From Antedon mediterranea (lineage: Eukaryota > Animalia > Echinodermata), in the NCBI RefSeq assembly GCF_964355755.1, contig NC_092672.1, positions 16,244,001 through 16,308,000 of the forward strand: a stretch of 64,000 nucleotides of DNA, read 5' to 3'. The notes beneath the pieces were generated by a model, which was given only the letters and a program-made list of their open reading frames with translations, did not search any database and was not told the origin of the DNA. Within the stretch, counting starts at the first letter, position 1, and every line of letters starts with the position of its first letter. The translations under genes and the position numbers were made by a program. Shown here piece after piece: positions 50,556 to 63,540 of the stretch.

Positions 50556-52611
50556 CATCCGTCCAAAATATTCAATGCTTAAGGCGTCATTTACAAATTA
50601 TTTCAGACCACAGAGACGCGTCTGAAAACTTGCAACCCATCAGACGCGTCTGTCCAATGCTGAACCTCATTAACGATCTATTATGAATATTCATGAGCTA
50701 CCCAATCGCGGCGAAGACGCGTCTGTGTGATTAAAACCCGTCTTCGCTGTTTAGTAGGTAAAACAATAGAAAACGCGTCTGAGTGATTAAAACCCGTCTG
50801 TATTGCTTGTATGGTGAAACAAAATTGGTATCATTTCACAGAACCAACAAATCTGAGACTAGGCCTAGGTTATCCTAATTTGGACGGAAATTCGCCGATG
50901 AGACGACATCGGGCCTGTGGACCTCAGCTCATGCAGAGAGAAAGAAAGTCTAGGCTAGCCTAGTTTCGGCGGCCTACACTAGGGCCTAGGCCTATAAATT
51001 ATTTAACGCTCCTACCTTGGGTTAGCAAATTATAAAAACAATGACACCTAGGCCTAGGCTAGGATATGAAAAATAAATATAATATATTCAATATTAAGAT
51101 AAAACATGTGAGCAGTTTAGAGCTAGAGAGAGAGAGTATTATGTTTCATGTCATGTGACACAAAATCCAGGTACACGATCTTAATTACTGTTTTATCGTC
51201 GTCAGACGGCAGCCGCCAGCGTGTTTTTTTTTCCCAGGACGAACGTGGGCAGAAGTCATGAATAATTCATTACCTTAATTATTTTCTATTATAAAGAATT
51301 GAAAGATAGCTGATACTTCCTAAATATGCTAAACCTAACCCTCTAAATAATCTCTCTCAACTATTAAAAAAAACATGTTCATGAAAGAGCTCGAACTGAG
51401 GGCTTCAGCGTAATAGGTTAAAGCCTTTACCACTAGACCAAACATTTCGGTTGGCAAACGTTGTTTACACTAATTATTTAATCTCTCTGCATTCTTATAT
51501 AGCGCCCTCTATAATGTTCCCTATTATGTCATAATCATGAATTATTCATGATTTCTGCCCACGTTCGTCCTGGAAAAAAAAATTACGCCAGCCGCCAGAG
51601 TATCGCGTTTCATGCCATGTGACCAAAAAAACTAGGTCTGTATTTATTACGGTCTTCTGTCGGCAGTCTTTTTGAGCGACCGACTGAAAACGTTCTGATA
51701 CTATATTTAGAATGAATTGTTTACGATCTTTTTTTCTCGGCATCGTTCTGGATGGACTGGACGTTCGCTATAATATGTTTATTAGTTGGCCTGTTCGTTG
51801 AGGTTCACCTGTGTTGAATCGCGTGTCTCTATGTTTACATCGTGGGAAATTTATATTTATATTCGCCGTTGAGTAGGTAAACACGCATGAAGGAAACGAT
51901 TACGATTAAAAAATATTATATATTTACAACTTGGTCCTCCGCCAGTTAAATTTAACACATTAATTTCACACCTTCTTACTTCACTAAGAACATCGTAGGG
52001 TTGTTTATTTAGGTTACGAACTCCCTACAAAGTTCAGAACGTAGTTCATTGAAAGTTGTTTATTGAGGTTACGAAGCCAAACAATGGAACCTACGAAGCC
52101 AACAATGTAGCCTACGAAGCTACTTCGTAGGTAAAGTTGCAGTATTTTCTTTCTGTACTGTAGGTCAATAGTTTGAGTAATTCCATGTTCCAAAAGTTAA
52201 CTTTAACGTTTTTGCATGTGGTAAATTCACTCTTTAGCACAAGAAAAATAAATCGCAAAAATAAAAGGTCGCGAATAAATAGAAACGAAAATTTGCGCTT
52301 TACAGTATACTCTGTCGGCGGTAAAAGGGTACTGTACTGATTTGTTTGTCTTACTGCCGGTTGTAAATAATAATTTAATATCACGCTCTCAATGAATTCA
52401 CTTGTATGTAGCGCGTTTAACACCAGTACACAGTATAACAATGTGCAGTCAGCCGTATATAGGGGCGGGGCCATAGTCGAACATGCATATTGGCGTCTAG
52501 ACGCAGCCAAATCAGACGGGTTTTGAGACGCGTTTTTGGGTAAACAATAGAAAACGCGTCTGGACGCTGATTTATGGTCTGAAATAATTTGTATAATATT
52601 TGGTCTGGATG
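50556..52611. mobile_element. Unclassified TIR element nested in the Academ transposase
   Basis: Inverted ends CATCC..CCAAA(A)TATT and TACAAATTATTTCAGACCA, with repeated AGACGCGTCT motifs near both ends. Confidence 0.65.
51375..51447 (-). pseudogene. Degenerate tRNA-like sequence between ~50-bp inverted repeats
   Basis: Minus strand has TGGTCTAGTGGTAAAG (A box) and AGTTCGAGCT (B box). Flanking inverted repeats lie at 51225-51272 and 51537-51585. Confidence 0.45.
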
Positions 52612-53333
52612 TACTCATTCCTAAATCTCTTGTCAAACCTCTGGTTTTCTTCTCATAGAAACCTTTTCAATCACCAGGTCTGTTGACAATCATCAATCAT
52701 CTAACATGAACGTCATACAACATGGAGGTCATTGTCAAACTGCTGTTGAACATCTTTGTATTTCTACTGGTTAAAAAATCGTTAAAATACTTACACATCC
52801 CAATATAAATACTGTAACCATGGCAACACAAATGCCATCTGGAAAAAATGGAATGTAGATCATCCAGAAGCAACAGGAACAGGAACTCATCTGCATCTTG
52901 AGCTGGTCATGTGTATCGCTTTGGACTGAAATGTTCACCCCAGGGTATCCCTGTGTGTATACCATTGTTGTTTACAGCGAAAACAACATTTTTAGCCAAA
53001 ACTGACACATTATGTTGTGTTTTTCCGCAAAAATGACATGCTAAATAAAATGTTATGACTATAAGTTTGATATCACTGAATAGGAAATTTAATAAGCTTT
53101 CGGATGACATAAATCACACTTGTATATATATAATGTATTTCAAATGGTTAAATATATGTAATTAATGCGGTATATTAATTTTGACTTAAAATGACCTTTA
53201 TTGACCTCTGACCCTTGACCCAATGCTTGGATTTTCGGTGACTTTTAGTATGTCGTTCTACACTTTATATGGAATTCAAAAATACTTGCTTTGTTACTAT
53301 TGCAATTTATGGTGGGTATATCATTAGATTTAA

Positions 53334-53652
53334 GTGAGTGAGTGGCCGAGCGGTTAAGACAGTGGAACCGTAATCACGTAGCCATAACATCGGCAGGGGT
53401 TCGAGGCTCACTCACTCCATGGTTCTGGTGGTAGAACGAGTCTTCTCGGATAAGGACTATAAACCGTAGGTCCAGTGTACACAGCTTGCTCGTGTGCACT
53501 TTAAAGAACCTAGTACATCTTTCGAGACGAGTAGGGGGTTACCCCGGTGTAGTAGTACATCACAGCCACTGATCACCAACTGGGCCCTCTGGGAGATCAG
53601 TCTTTGACTGAAGAGGTCACCCAGTATAAAGATAAAACAAACAAACAAACAA
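53334..53652 (+). mobile_element. Full-length tRNA-derived SINE with (AAAC)n tail, inserted in the Academ TIR
   Basis: A box TGGCCGAGCGG, B box GGTTCGAGGC, core GGATAAGGACTATAAACCGTAGGTCC...CACTTTAAAGAACC, stem-loop tail. Confidence 0.88.
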
Positions 53653-56600
53653 GACTGGACTAACTGCCGAGTAATGTTCGAGTAAACAAAGTTTGAGTAG
53701 GTCAAGCTTGTAACTTGAATTAACAGCAGTATTTTTAGTAAACAAAAGGTTAAATTAAATAAATAATATAATTCATATATTTATTAATACTGTACTACAG
53801 TTTATATGATGGCCATTATTTAGAGTCACGAATAAAAAAGTAGAGCTTACCCGGTTTTTTTTCATCAGGTACAAATTGTCTACCTTTTAGTTTACTGCAC
53901 GATGCGCGTGATATTCAAGGCAATCCATCATCATTCAAGAGGTACTCTCGTCTTTTGCCATCTACTACTACCATTGTCCTTCATTGGGCTTATATCATAT
54001 TAGCTTTTATGCAAAAAAACTTCACTAGGTAAAACTGTAATGAGGCTTTAAAACCAACTTTTCATCTTGTAGAATGTACCCAAGTTTTCGGAGAAAATGT
54101 AAACACTTGCGGCCGGCCTAGCCTAGAATCGGCTTGACATGTGTGTATCGTGTGTGATGTGTGACGTGTGTTGTTTACGTTCGCTTCCTGTCCGCTTTGA
54201 AAGAAGCTCACGAAACAGCTGCTGCCGTGGATACAAAAGCGGGCGTTTTAAATTAATCGGAAGATTCCGCATACGTTTGTTTAGAATGTTAATGAAATCC
54301 AAGATGGCATGATGGTTGGTCGGCCATCTTTCGATGGTTTTACACTGAATTTTAACTTATTTCTCGAGTTTTACAAGGTATTTAAACCTAATTTTTGGTG
54401 TGTTGTTATTTCATATGTAAAGCATTCATACAAAATTATTTTTGTTGATATTTTGATATTGTTTCATATCCATTTTAACACACTGTGCTTCAGTTGATCC
54501 AATTTGGCGCCAGTTGAGCACAGCGAAATAGTCATCAAATACAAAAACATTGAGAAAATATACTTCTGGAATTCAAAATGCAGCACTATTTTTCAAAATT
54601 TGCTCAGCACCAAGCATGGTGGGGTACTGAAGATTCTTATACATGTTGTTTGAAAAAATAATAGATGTCATTTCCAGGGACCTTGCAGCTCTATTTTAAA
54701 CAGTTTGCTATGCCGTGTGTTGTTATGCAAATGAGTTTGTGCCTGGTGAATTAGAAGGGAAGATGGTAGGTTTGTCATTCGCGGTCAACACGCCACACTG
54801 TTAAATTTTGATGTTAATCTTTACATTAGAAGATTGTTCAAATCATGTAAATAAAACATTTTCCGGGCGGGAACCTAGCAGCTCCCCTCTCAGTTTGCAA
54901 AAGTAATCTTGAAAAGAACTCCATGTGGAAGAAGCCCAAGAGTACTAAAAATGAAGGAGCACATTGAATTCTACTTTGCCCTTTCCACCACACATCATGA
55001 GGCGACAACATCAATGCATCTGGTGATGTGCTTGAAACGACCCCAAAAGGCTGTGGCAGGGCCTTAGTGCTGAGGAAGGGAGAGCACATTTTTATTTAAT
55101 TTTTTTTTTTCAAACTGTATTCGATCTCGTAAATCTTATGTTTGCCGCCCTCAATTTTAAAAGAAATTGCATTTATATTTTCATCGCAAGTGTACAAAAC
55201 GGTTTGGTATGCCGTGCGTTGTTATGCAATGGTTGTGCAGCTGGTGTAGTGTTAAAGATGGTATTGTTAGTCATTTGCGGTCAACACGCCACACTGTTAA
55301 ATTTTGATAATCAATGTTGCTACATTGGTAGCGAAATGTCCAATTCATGCAAGATATTGTATTGTATATGTTATGAATAAACGTTTATGGTAGTTGGTAA
55401 ATGTGTATGGCCTCACCGTCCCAGAATAAACATGTTTTAAACAGATAATTTGTCTCCGATGGTTTTTGTATGGGGTTAATGGAGAGTGAAATAAGATCAA
55501 ATATAGAACATTTGCAATTTGCGAGTTTTAAAGTAGAAAAACCCACCTAAAATGTTGAAGTCGCATCTGGATAGTTGAATTTCTTTTGCATTACGGATGG
55601 AGTAACCGATATTGAACATATATACCAAGTTTGAAATATTTTTGAATTCCAGAAATATTTTTTCTTGATGTTTTTGTGTGTGACTATTGCGCTGTGCTCC
55701 ACCACTGGCGCCATAATTAGATCTACTGGAGCACGTGTATTAACATACGAAAATATATTGAAACTTAATTGGGGTCCACTGGAGCACAGTGTATTAACAT
55801 ACGAAAAGATATTAAAATTAATTGACTTTATTTCTATTTTATATCACTGTGCTCCACTGGCGCCAAATTGTGTCCACTTAAGCACAGTGTTTTAACATAC
55901 GAAAAGATAGTAAAAAATTTAGTAACTTATTTCTATTCTATATCACTGTGCTCCACCGGTGCCAAATTTGATCCACTGGACCAGTTACCGTAGTACTAAT
56001 TCTATTTCTGAAGGAAATAAAAGCATAAATGGCGCGCCGTAGAGAAGTAGAGAATGCTCCATCGTCAGAATGATGCTCTGAATATACCTCCTTATGGGTA
56101 GCACTATCTGTAGAGGGCGTCATCATAGTATATATGATACCATCATATAACAGACTGTCAATCCTCATCAATCTCTTCTTCCCTGTTGACACAATTTTTT
56201 GCCGCATATTTTCAAAATGGCCACCAATTTTATATAAAATGTGCATAAAATTGGATCTAAACAAAGTATATACACAATCTTGGTTGCTAAACACATGTAC
56301 TTCAGACAAGGAATCCATATACTTATAATAAATATGATTTAGTCCTAACTGGCTGCTAATTTTTTAAATGTCTGCTAAATTTTTCTAAAAAAGTGCTTAA
56401 TGCAGAACTAATTAGGCTAGATGATGATCTTGGTGTCCAAGAAATCCATTAAATCTATAATAAATCAATTTAAATAGTTTGATTAATTAATTTTTAAAGT
56501 TAAATTTGATTTAGGATTAAATACACAGTAGACTCGAAAATCTTGAATTTTGTTCACAAATTGGTAACGGTTTAGTTGTTATTGAGCCATGACTAGGATA

Positions 56601-57749
56601 GAATTTATATCCTACAATTCTACAAGGTGTAACTGCCGGTAAAGAAATTTATGATATACTACAGAATTACCTCTGCCCAAATCATCCAAACTGATGTCCG
56701 ATTCAAAAAACGATTAAGCACCAAATAATTCACACATCTCTAAAATTTGTCTTTCAATTCAAATTTGACAGCAGGAGCCTGCCACTAAATCACAGAATGA
56801 AATAGATTTAAAATGAAGAGACAACAAGAGCAACAAGAACAATTCAAAGCGCGTAACCCTTGCCTTTTAACATTTCTTATTTTTAGACTTTAATAAAGAT
56901 ACATTAAATATAAAAAAACCATCAATAGCAATACATTTAAGAAATATTGGTAATCTGAATTAAGAAGAAGAAAGTAGGCTACTTTTAACTGAAAGTCCAA
57001 ATAACAAAATTAGTATAGTAATAATTCTTTTATTATTTATGAAGAAAAATACAATCAAATAAAAGTAGATCATCTTTGCCAACTGAGTGGGTAAATGACA
57101 TTATAATATTTAGAAATACTTTTAATAAATCGTTGTTGCACCAGATTTACAAAACTACGTCCCTGGTCCAGATCAACGTGACAAATTGCATCAGCATACT
57201 GATATTATTAAACCTGCTGATAAAGGTTTTGCCACTGTCGCTATGGACGTCAAATTTTATGAAAAGGAGTCCTTTTCGAGATATGAAAGAAAAAAGAGGA
57301 TTTAATTCCAGATAAACTTCTGATGCAGATATAATGGATGATCAGTTTATATCATAAATGTACAGTATTTTACAGTTTAAAATGGTTTTGATCACAAATA
57401 TGTAAAATTGGCAGTTAATATCTAAAAAATTCAATTATTGTAGTAGCAATTCCCAATAATTACAGCATTTTTTTCGAAAAGAAGCCCCCTTTTTAGTTTG
57501 CAAAAGTAATCTCGAAAAGAAAGCCATATCGAAAAGAGGCTAAAAAATAATGAACACACATAGGATAGGTGTAATTGTGAAGTCTACTGCATGTAATGAA
57601 TGTTACAAGTACAATTAGAATGTACTGTTACTTGTGGAAATCATGTACAGGACTCGGTTACTTACAATAACTTAAGGTGACTATGAAGTATATATAGTAC
57701 AATATGTATACTGTAGTACTGTAGTACGTCTGTATCTCTGACATTACAC

Positions 57750-58386
57750 CCCAGGGGGGGGGGGAGGGCCCCTTGTATATAAACCAAACGGGGAGGTGCA
57801 GCAGCCACTTCAAGACATGAGGCACTTGCGCTACCTGTTTTACTGAAAAATACTACGGACTTGAACTACCATTTACCAAAATCCAGTGTTCTCTAAAAAG
57901 ACGGCAGAAACAAGGCCACGCCAGAGAGGGCGCAAAATTTGTACTGGTTCCCAGCATGATCTGCGCATGGTCAAAGAGACCGTTCATGAAAAAATCATGA
58001 ACGTGTTTTGAAACTTTATCGCGCATCCGCGGGGGTGCATGACGATGATCAAGAGTGGTCACAGTTGAATGATTTTGTCCTAGGCTGGATGTTTCGTGTT
58101 CTTCTGCTGATGCGAAAACTCTAGGCCTATTCAAAGGTATTTAGCGATAGGCTAAATGGGCTTATAGCATCCAGTATGCTAAAATACCTGCAAAATTTGG
58201 CGATAAATCGCGACATTTTGACACGGGTGGGCGGGCTAGGGACTTAAACTACTAATTTCACCCTGTCATTTCCCACACTTGTGCTACCAACTCTTCATAT
58301 TTTCCCACACTTGTGCTACCAGGCCCTCGAAAATATACCCGTAAATGCGGCACGGTATGGAAATATTTAAGAGTGACCCCCCCGGG
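57750..58386. mobile_element. Non-autonomous DNA transposon with 8-bp TSD (hAT-like)
   Basis: CCC(A/G)GGGGGG termini and TSD CATTACAC (57742-57749, 58387-58394). Confidence 0.78.
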
Positions 58387-59014
58387 CATTACACATACAT
58401 TTCAGTCAATATAATGCAATTTACAAATGAAATCACATACAAAAGTAATAATGTTCGTGGTTCATAAAAACAATAGAAAGGGTAGCCGTTTATCTAAACC
58501 AAAATTTACAGAAAAAATGTTAATTTTGGACAAAAATCACTCAAGCGTGACTTAAATTGAGTTTTCACCTGTTACATGGTATTTGATCACTGATTTTATA
58601 GCTAATTTGCACATTTATGCTCATTTGCATATGAAAGCGGTGGATGACGGAGGGTTGATTTGTTGTATGTGGTTAAAACCGAAAAACCTTTGCCTACAAT
58701 TTTGTCCCAGTTTACCATATTTTTTAACTACCAGATTCAGTAGCCTAATAATGCACCACATAGTGAAATCTTTCAACTAATTTGCTGTTATTGCGCGTTG
58801 ATCGGCCGGCTAGGCCCAGCTAGTCGGCGTCACTATTTCTTAGCTAGAAGGGACTCGTATGTTTTCATTAACAACTCATCATATAACAAACCAATTTTTA
58901 TAAACAGCTTATTTTAACTCTTATTAAATAGATTATGGATATACAGTATAAAAATCTAAAAAAAATTCCAACACTACTCCGATTTTGTTAATTTTATGTT
59001 TGCATTCATTTCAG

Positions 59015-59630
59015 GTTTATAATTGAAGAAAAAGATTCAATAGCAAAGGAAACAAGGACTAAGAAAAAGCATAATTCATCTTCTGCTGAAATAGATAAAT
59101 CTAAACATGATTATAAGATCAAATCATCACACAAAGAAGATTATTACAGGAACCAAAGAAGTAATCAAATGGATGAACATATAGATCTTAAGAAACGATC
59201 AAACTCTAAACATAATGCAAAAAAGAGAGAAGAAAGGGACAGTATGAGTAGTAGAGATGATCGATGTTATATTCAACAGAGTAGTGAAATTGACGAATTG
59301 CATTGCAAAGATAAAAAGTATGATTATGAAAAGGACTTTCATAAAGAAAAATCAAGAAGTAAAGAGTCAAAGACAAATCATGACAATGATGAGTCAAATT
59401 ATAAAAGAATGCAAGGTATAAACCATAAAATTGGAGATGATTATCAAGAAATATCAAATGGTAAAAAGACAGAAAAGAGAAAGAATGTCCAAGAAGAGTC
59501 CAAAGTGCCATGTAAATACTCAAAGAGGAATGTTGGCGAATCTGTTAGATCAGCAAAAGAACGCTACCTAGCTCGTCAGATGGCACGAGTAGTTAGTCAG
59601 GTAACAGCACCTATTGAAGAGGATGAATGA
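59015..59630 (+). CDS. NSRP1: NSRP1 terminal exon 7 (charged low-complexity region and C-terminal KRNVGESVRSAKERYLARQMAR)
   Basis: TTTCAG acceptor; phase 2 matches exon 6. In frame with ORF 59169..59630. The C-terminus matches vertebrate SARDRYLARQMAR. Confidence 0.92.
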
Positions 59631-59652
59631 TAGTAAAACAAGCTTGATACAA

Positions 59653-59672
59653 AATAAAATACCATTAATAAA
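59653..59672 (+). promoter_or_regulatory. Candidate polyadenylation signals of NSRP1
   Basis: AATAAA at 59653 and 59667 just after the stop (another near 59743). The background is AT-rich, so usage is uncertain. Confidence 0.4.
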
Positions 59673-60390
59673 TAACTGTTGAAAATGATCTAATCATGTT
59701 TTGATACGATCAAGAACAAATTTATTATTGTATTTTTACAATAATAAAGTAAGTATTTAAGTATTTTTGTTTGTTTTTTTTCAAACACAAAACAAACAAA
59801 CATCACAAAACAATTAAATAATAACAACTATAAGCTAGTATGTAAATAAACCAAAAATCATGCAATTTATTGTATATTTGTATTCAATTTTTTTAAAATA
59901 CTTTACTATATAATGTAACCCATCAATAGTTACCTTTTAAACAAAAAAATATCTTCGAGGCAAACAAATCAAAGTACAGAATTATAGTCTAAGATGCAAT
60001 TTGAAACAAAAATTAAGAGGTTACTGTAAACAACAGCAAAACTTAGCAATACCCAGTGTCTCCACGTTGGTTTTCCTGATTTTCTCCAATGAAATGTTAG
60101 CTTATAACCAATTTCAGCTAAAATCCTTGTTAAAATGTAATTTAAAAAATAGCTTCAAGTGTACATGGTAGCTACTTTATATACCCAATGGTAGATGTGA
60201 TTAAAGTATGTTTTTGCAGTAAAAACTGTATTTTTAACACTTTTTGGGGAAAAAAATATTATTTCCTTCTTAGTCAAGGACCTGAGTAAGATATGTATGC
60301 AATTAATTTAGGAGAGAATCTCAACTGTTATAGGATAATTTGACCCCTAGGAACATGAGATGTGTGCAAAATTTGCTATCTGGGAAAAAA

Positions 60391-61485
60391 ATCAAGATTC
60401 AAGAAATTTTATTGGTCCACGTTAAAATGGAAATTTGTTTTGCTTGACATAATTAAGACAAAAAACAACTACAAAAATACATCAAATTGCAAAAGGCAAT
60501 GTTAAAATACTATTAAAATGTTAAAATACAGTAATGTAGTGGGTGCATAGGATCTATCATAATAATTAATTAACTAATTATGTTAATTAGATCTGCTTTA
60601 ATGATACATTGTGCAATTTTATGTGGTCTCTTTATGTTTCTTTTTATCCATAAAAACATCCAATGCTAAAAGATAAAATTCTTGAAATAATACTTTGATA
60701 AAATAGGAATAAAATAGTGTTGTCAATTCTAATTCGTTTAAGCTTTCTGAGAAAGTAGAGTGTTTGAGATGCTTTCTTGATCATAAGAGAGTTAGATTCC
60801 CACTTCAATTTGTTATATTTCTATTGCATTACTCTTTCAACCCCGATTTCTTTAATCGTTAATACATTATGTTCTACTGCAATTTTACCAAAGTAAATTA
60901 TCATCTCTTTGGTTTTGGTAATACAGTATTAAGAATTAAGTTCATGTCCTCACACCAATTTACAAATCTTTCGACTTTATTAAAATACTCATTTACATCT
61001 TGCTTTCCGTCAAAAAGAAAACTACTAATTAAAGTATCGTCGGCATATTGCAATTTTTACTTAAAACATAAAAACTACTAGAATAAAATGAAAATAAAAT
61101 AATACAACCTTGTGGAGCTCCAACATTGACAAATTCTTTATCCGATAGAATACTATTGCACTTAACCATCTGCGGTCTATTTATCAAGAAACCATGTATA
61201 ACTTGGCAAGATGAGAAGAAACAGTTCAAAAATGAATCTATCAATTAAAATAATATTAAAGGCACTGGAGAAATCGATAGACCGTACATAATTTTGTTTA
61301 GAATCAAGATGTTGGTAAATATCATGGCGGAAAGAATTAAAAGTGTCGTCGACACCTATTTTTTGTTACATGCAAATTGGTTTTTATCTACATTACAAAT
61401 GTTATCTCAAAGTCTTGATACAATTTCATTTTTTAAATTAGAAGTAATTGCAACCAGTCTAAAATTTTTTGGAACAATTGGTCTA
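60391..61485 (-). mobile_element. Degenerate Rex/Babar-like LINE (RT and 3' end)
   Basis: Minus-strand motifs IDFSSAFN, VGAPQGCII, YADDTLI and FLRKLK; tail (CTTGAAT)n at 60391-60402. Confidence 0.72.
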
Positions 61486-61489
61486 TATA

Positions 61490-62950
61490 CGTTTGATTTG
61501 AGCACCTTTAGCTTCCAGTAGGTAAATTTGCTCAAGTTCATTCTTTTTTTGATCTAATTCAGTTTCATACTGGATATTATTATCAGTATTATCCTTTTTC
61601 ATAATTAAATCATTAATGATAGCAATTTCCTGTTGAAGTATTTCTTTTCTTTTGCATTTATTTTTATTTTTCATTTTCCCATATTTTATGGAGAATTCCT
61701 TTATTTTTACTTTAATCATTTCCCATTTATCCTTTGGGTTAAATGGGTCAAGAGTAAAGTGGATAGAAGATGGCGAACGAAACACTAAATATTTTCTTGG
61801 TTTAGAGAAAAATAATAGTAATAAAAAACATATTAAAAAATTTAAAAAACAGACGGATCCATTATATCAAATTCCACAGAGATATTGAAGGAAGAGGTTA
61901 ATTTCTTCAAAAAAATATATGCAAAACAAGATGTTCCTTACAAATCAATTGATAAGTACCTATCTCATGTTAATTTAACTAAACTCAGAGAGGCAGAACA
62001 AGAGATGTGTGAGGGTCATCTCTCTCTCTCTCTCTTCGAATGTGAGCAAGCAATAAAGAAAATGAAAAAAAAAATAAAGCTCCAGGTAGTGACGGTTTAA
62101 CAGTTGAGTTTTATCAACTCTTCTGGTACCTTATCTGTGACCTTGTTTGTGATGCACTAAATTATGGTTTTGTCACACAAGAAATGTCTGTGTCACAAAG
62201 AAGGGGAATAATCAACCTCAATCAAAAGGTGATCACAAAGAATTAAATAACTGGGGCCCTATCACTTTACTCAATATTGACTACAAAATAGCTTCTTTTG
62301 TTCTTACAACAAGATTACATCTAGTTGCAAAGTCTATAATAAACAATGACCAAAAAGCGTATGTAAAAGGTCGCTTTGGTGGTGACAATATAAGACTAAT
62401 AGAGGACATAATTACTTATATGGAAAATGAACAGCTTGAAGGTATACTTATAAGTTTAGATTTCCAAAAAGCATTTGACAGTGTCAATAGATCATTTTTG
62501 ATAGAAGCCTTAAATAAATTCAATTTTGGTATTTCATTTGTGAACTGGGTAAAAGCACTGTATAACAATACAAATCTAGCTCTTTCTATTATGTTTTTGA
62601 TGTTGTTTATATATCTTCATTTTCTAAGTGAGAATTGTTCATTTTCCACAATCCTGGGCCTCTTTCTTCATTAGTTAAACTTATTTTTAAGGATATGGCT
62701 TGGTGATCAGACATGATTGACGGCCTGATATCACATGTGTTAACATATTCACATAAGTCGTTTGATATAAAAAAAATAGTCCAACCTTCTGTACGGTTGG
62801 GTGGATTTCCTTCCTTCCTTATCTTGAAAACATTGTTAGAAAAACTCGTGACTGATTATAATTAGGTTATCATTTTTAATAAACGATTTAGGTTGAAAAA
62901 AAATGATTTGCACATTTGTAGAATTTCATTTGCACATTTAACGTCAAAAC
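61490..62950. mobile_element. Scrambled L1/Tx1-type LINE fragment
   Basis: Minus strand: RLDYFF, SDHQAI, GPGLWKMN (62580-62950) and KWEMIKVKIK...AKGAQI (61495-61740). Plus strand: SRVKWIEDGERNTKYF, APGSDGLTVEFY and LDFQKAFDSV (61745-62575). Confidence 0.82.
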
Positions 62951-62956
62951 TAATCG

Positions 62957-63540
62957 TTTTTAGTCGCGTGCAACGCGACTCTACAGTTCACTATGTCGGT
63001 CGGTCGGTCGGTAAACACTAACTTGTATATATGGCTTTGTCTTGATACCACTTTCATCTAGCTAAGTCAATTTTTCACAGTATGTTCCTTATGGCCAGGA
63101 AAGGATGTGGTTATGTTTTCACGGTGCGCAATCAAAAATTACGCGGTCTACGCACGATTTAACGAAATCACGTTTGAATCACAATTCAGAATCAAATTCA
63201 TCAGCATGAATCACAATTAAATAAAATTTGGTACTCATAAATGCATAAATCATCATATGGCAATACAATTACGTGCGTAGCGCATGTAACGCATGCGCAC
63301 GCGCGCCTAAAATTTTCAAAATTTATTTTCGATGAAATAAGAGTACGTTTCAAGCACTTTTAAGCTTTAAAAAAATTGCCATCAGTGCGCAGATTTTTGC
63401 ACGCGCACTGCGCGGTAAATGTTAATATGCACTCTTTTTGTCCGATTTCTGTTTTACAACCTTTTACAACCAACTCGAAATTACGTTATACAAGTGACAG
63501 GCTACGCACATACGTGTAAGTTAACAAAATGGTGAAAATA
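62957..63540 (+). mobile_element. HINE family 1, more diverged partial copy
   Basis: TTTTTAGTCGCGTG start, (GTCG)n, and a body collinear with 27100-27700. Confidence 0.8.

Larger units (their letters stand above)
49330..53000 (-). pseudogene. Academ transposase pseudogene (split by the insertion at 50556-52611)
   Basis: Minus-strand fragments in expected order: LSTDLVIEK, GLTRDLGM, FEHELCYPPALF, YILDGSALLHSIPW, VFDDY..STKD, ADDTDL, LVCLYNG, EDWGWK, PLHTDLKPAPEYLL. Confidence 0.75.
47218..53662 (-). mobile_element. Academ DNA transposon (decayed autonomous copy) with nested inserts
   Basis: TA(A/G)TCCAGTC termini, >120-bp imperfect TIRs (47218-47350 vs 53220-53330 plus 53653-53662), 3-bp TSD ACT, ~375-bp subterminal repeats at 47400-48300, and transposase remnants. 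Confidence 0.82.
39605..56095. mobile_element. Large foldback-like element with hairpin-minisatellite arms; left arm split by nested insertions
   Basis: 39626-39800 is the reverse complement of 55920-56085. Arrays of an ~80-bp unit CACTGTGCTC...GAGCACAGTG lie at 39730-40780, 54475-54530 and 55690-55980. 54475-54580 is inverted relative to 55640-55715. Confidence 0.6.

Noticed and set aside
52112-52636. 174-aa ORF
   Set aside because: Only the first few codons are Academ transposase; the rest reads through a non-coding inserted element.
53850-54150. Possible pogo DNA-binding domain remnant on the minus strand
   Set aside because: Too degenerate (multiple stops) to support by eye.
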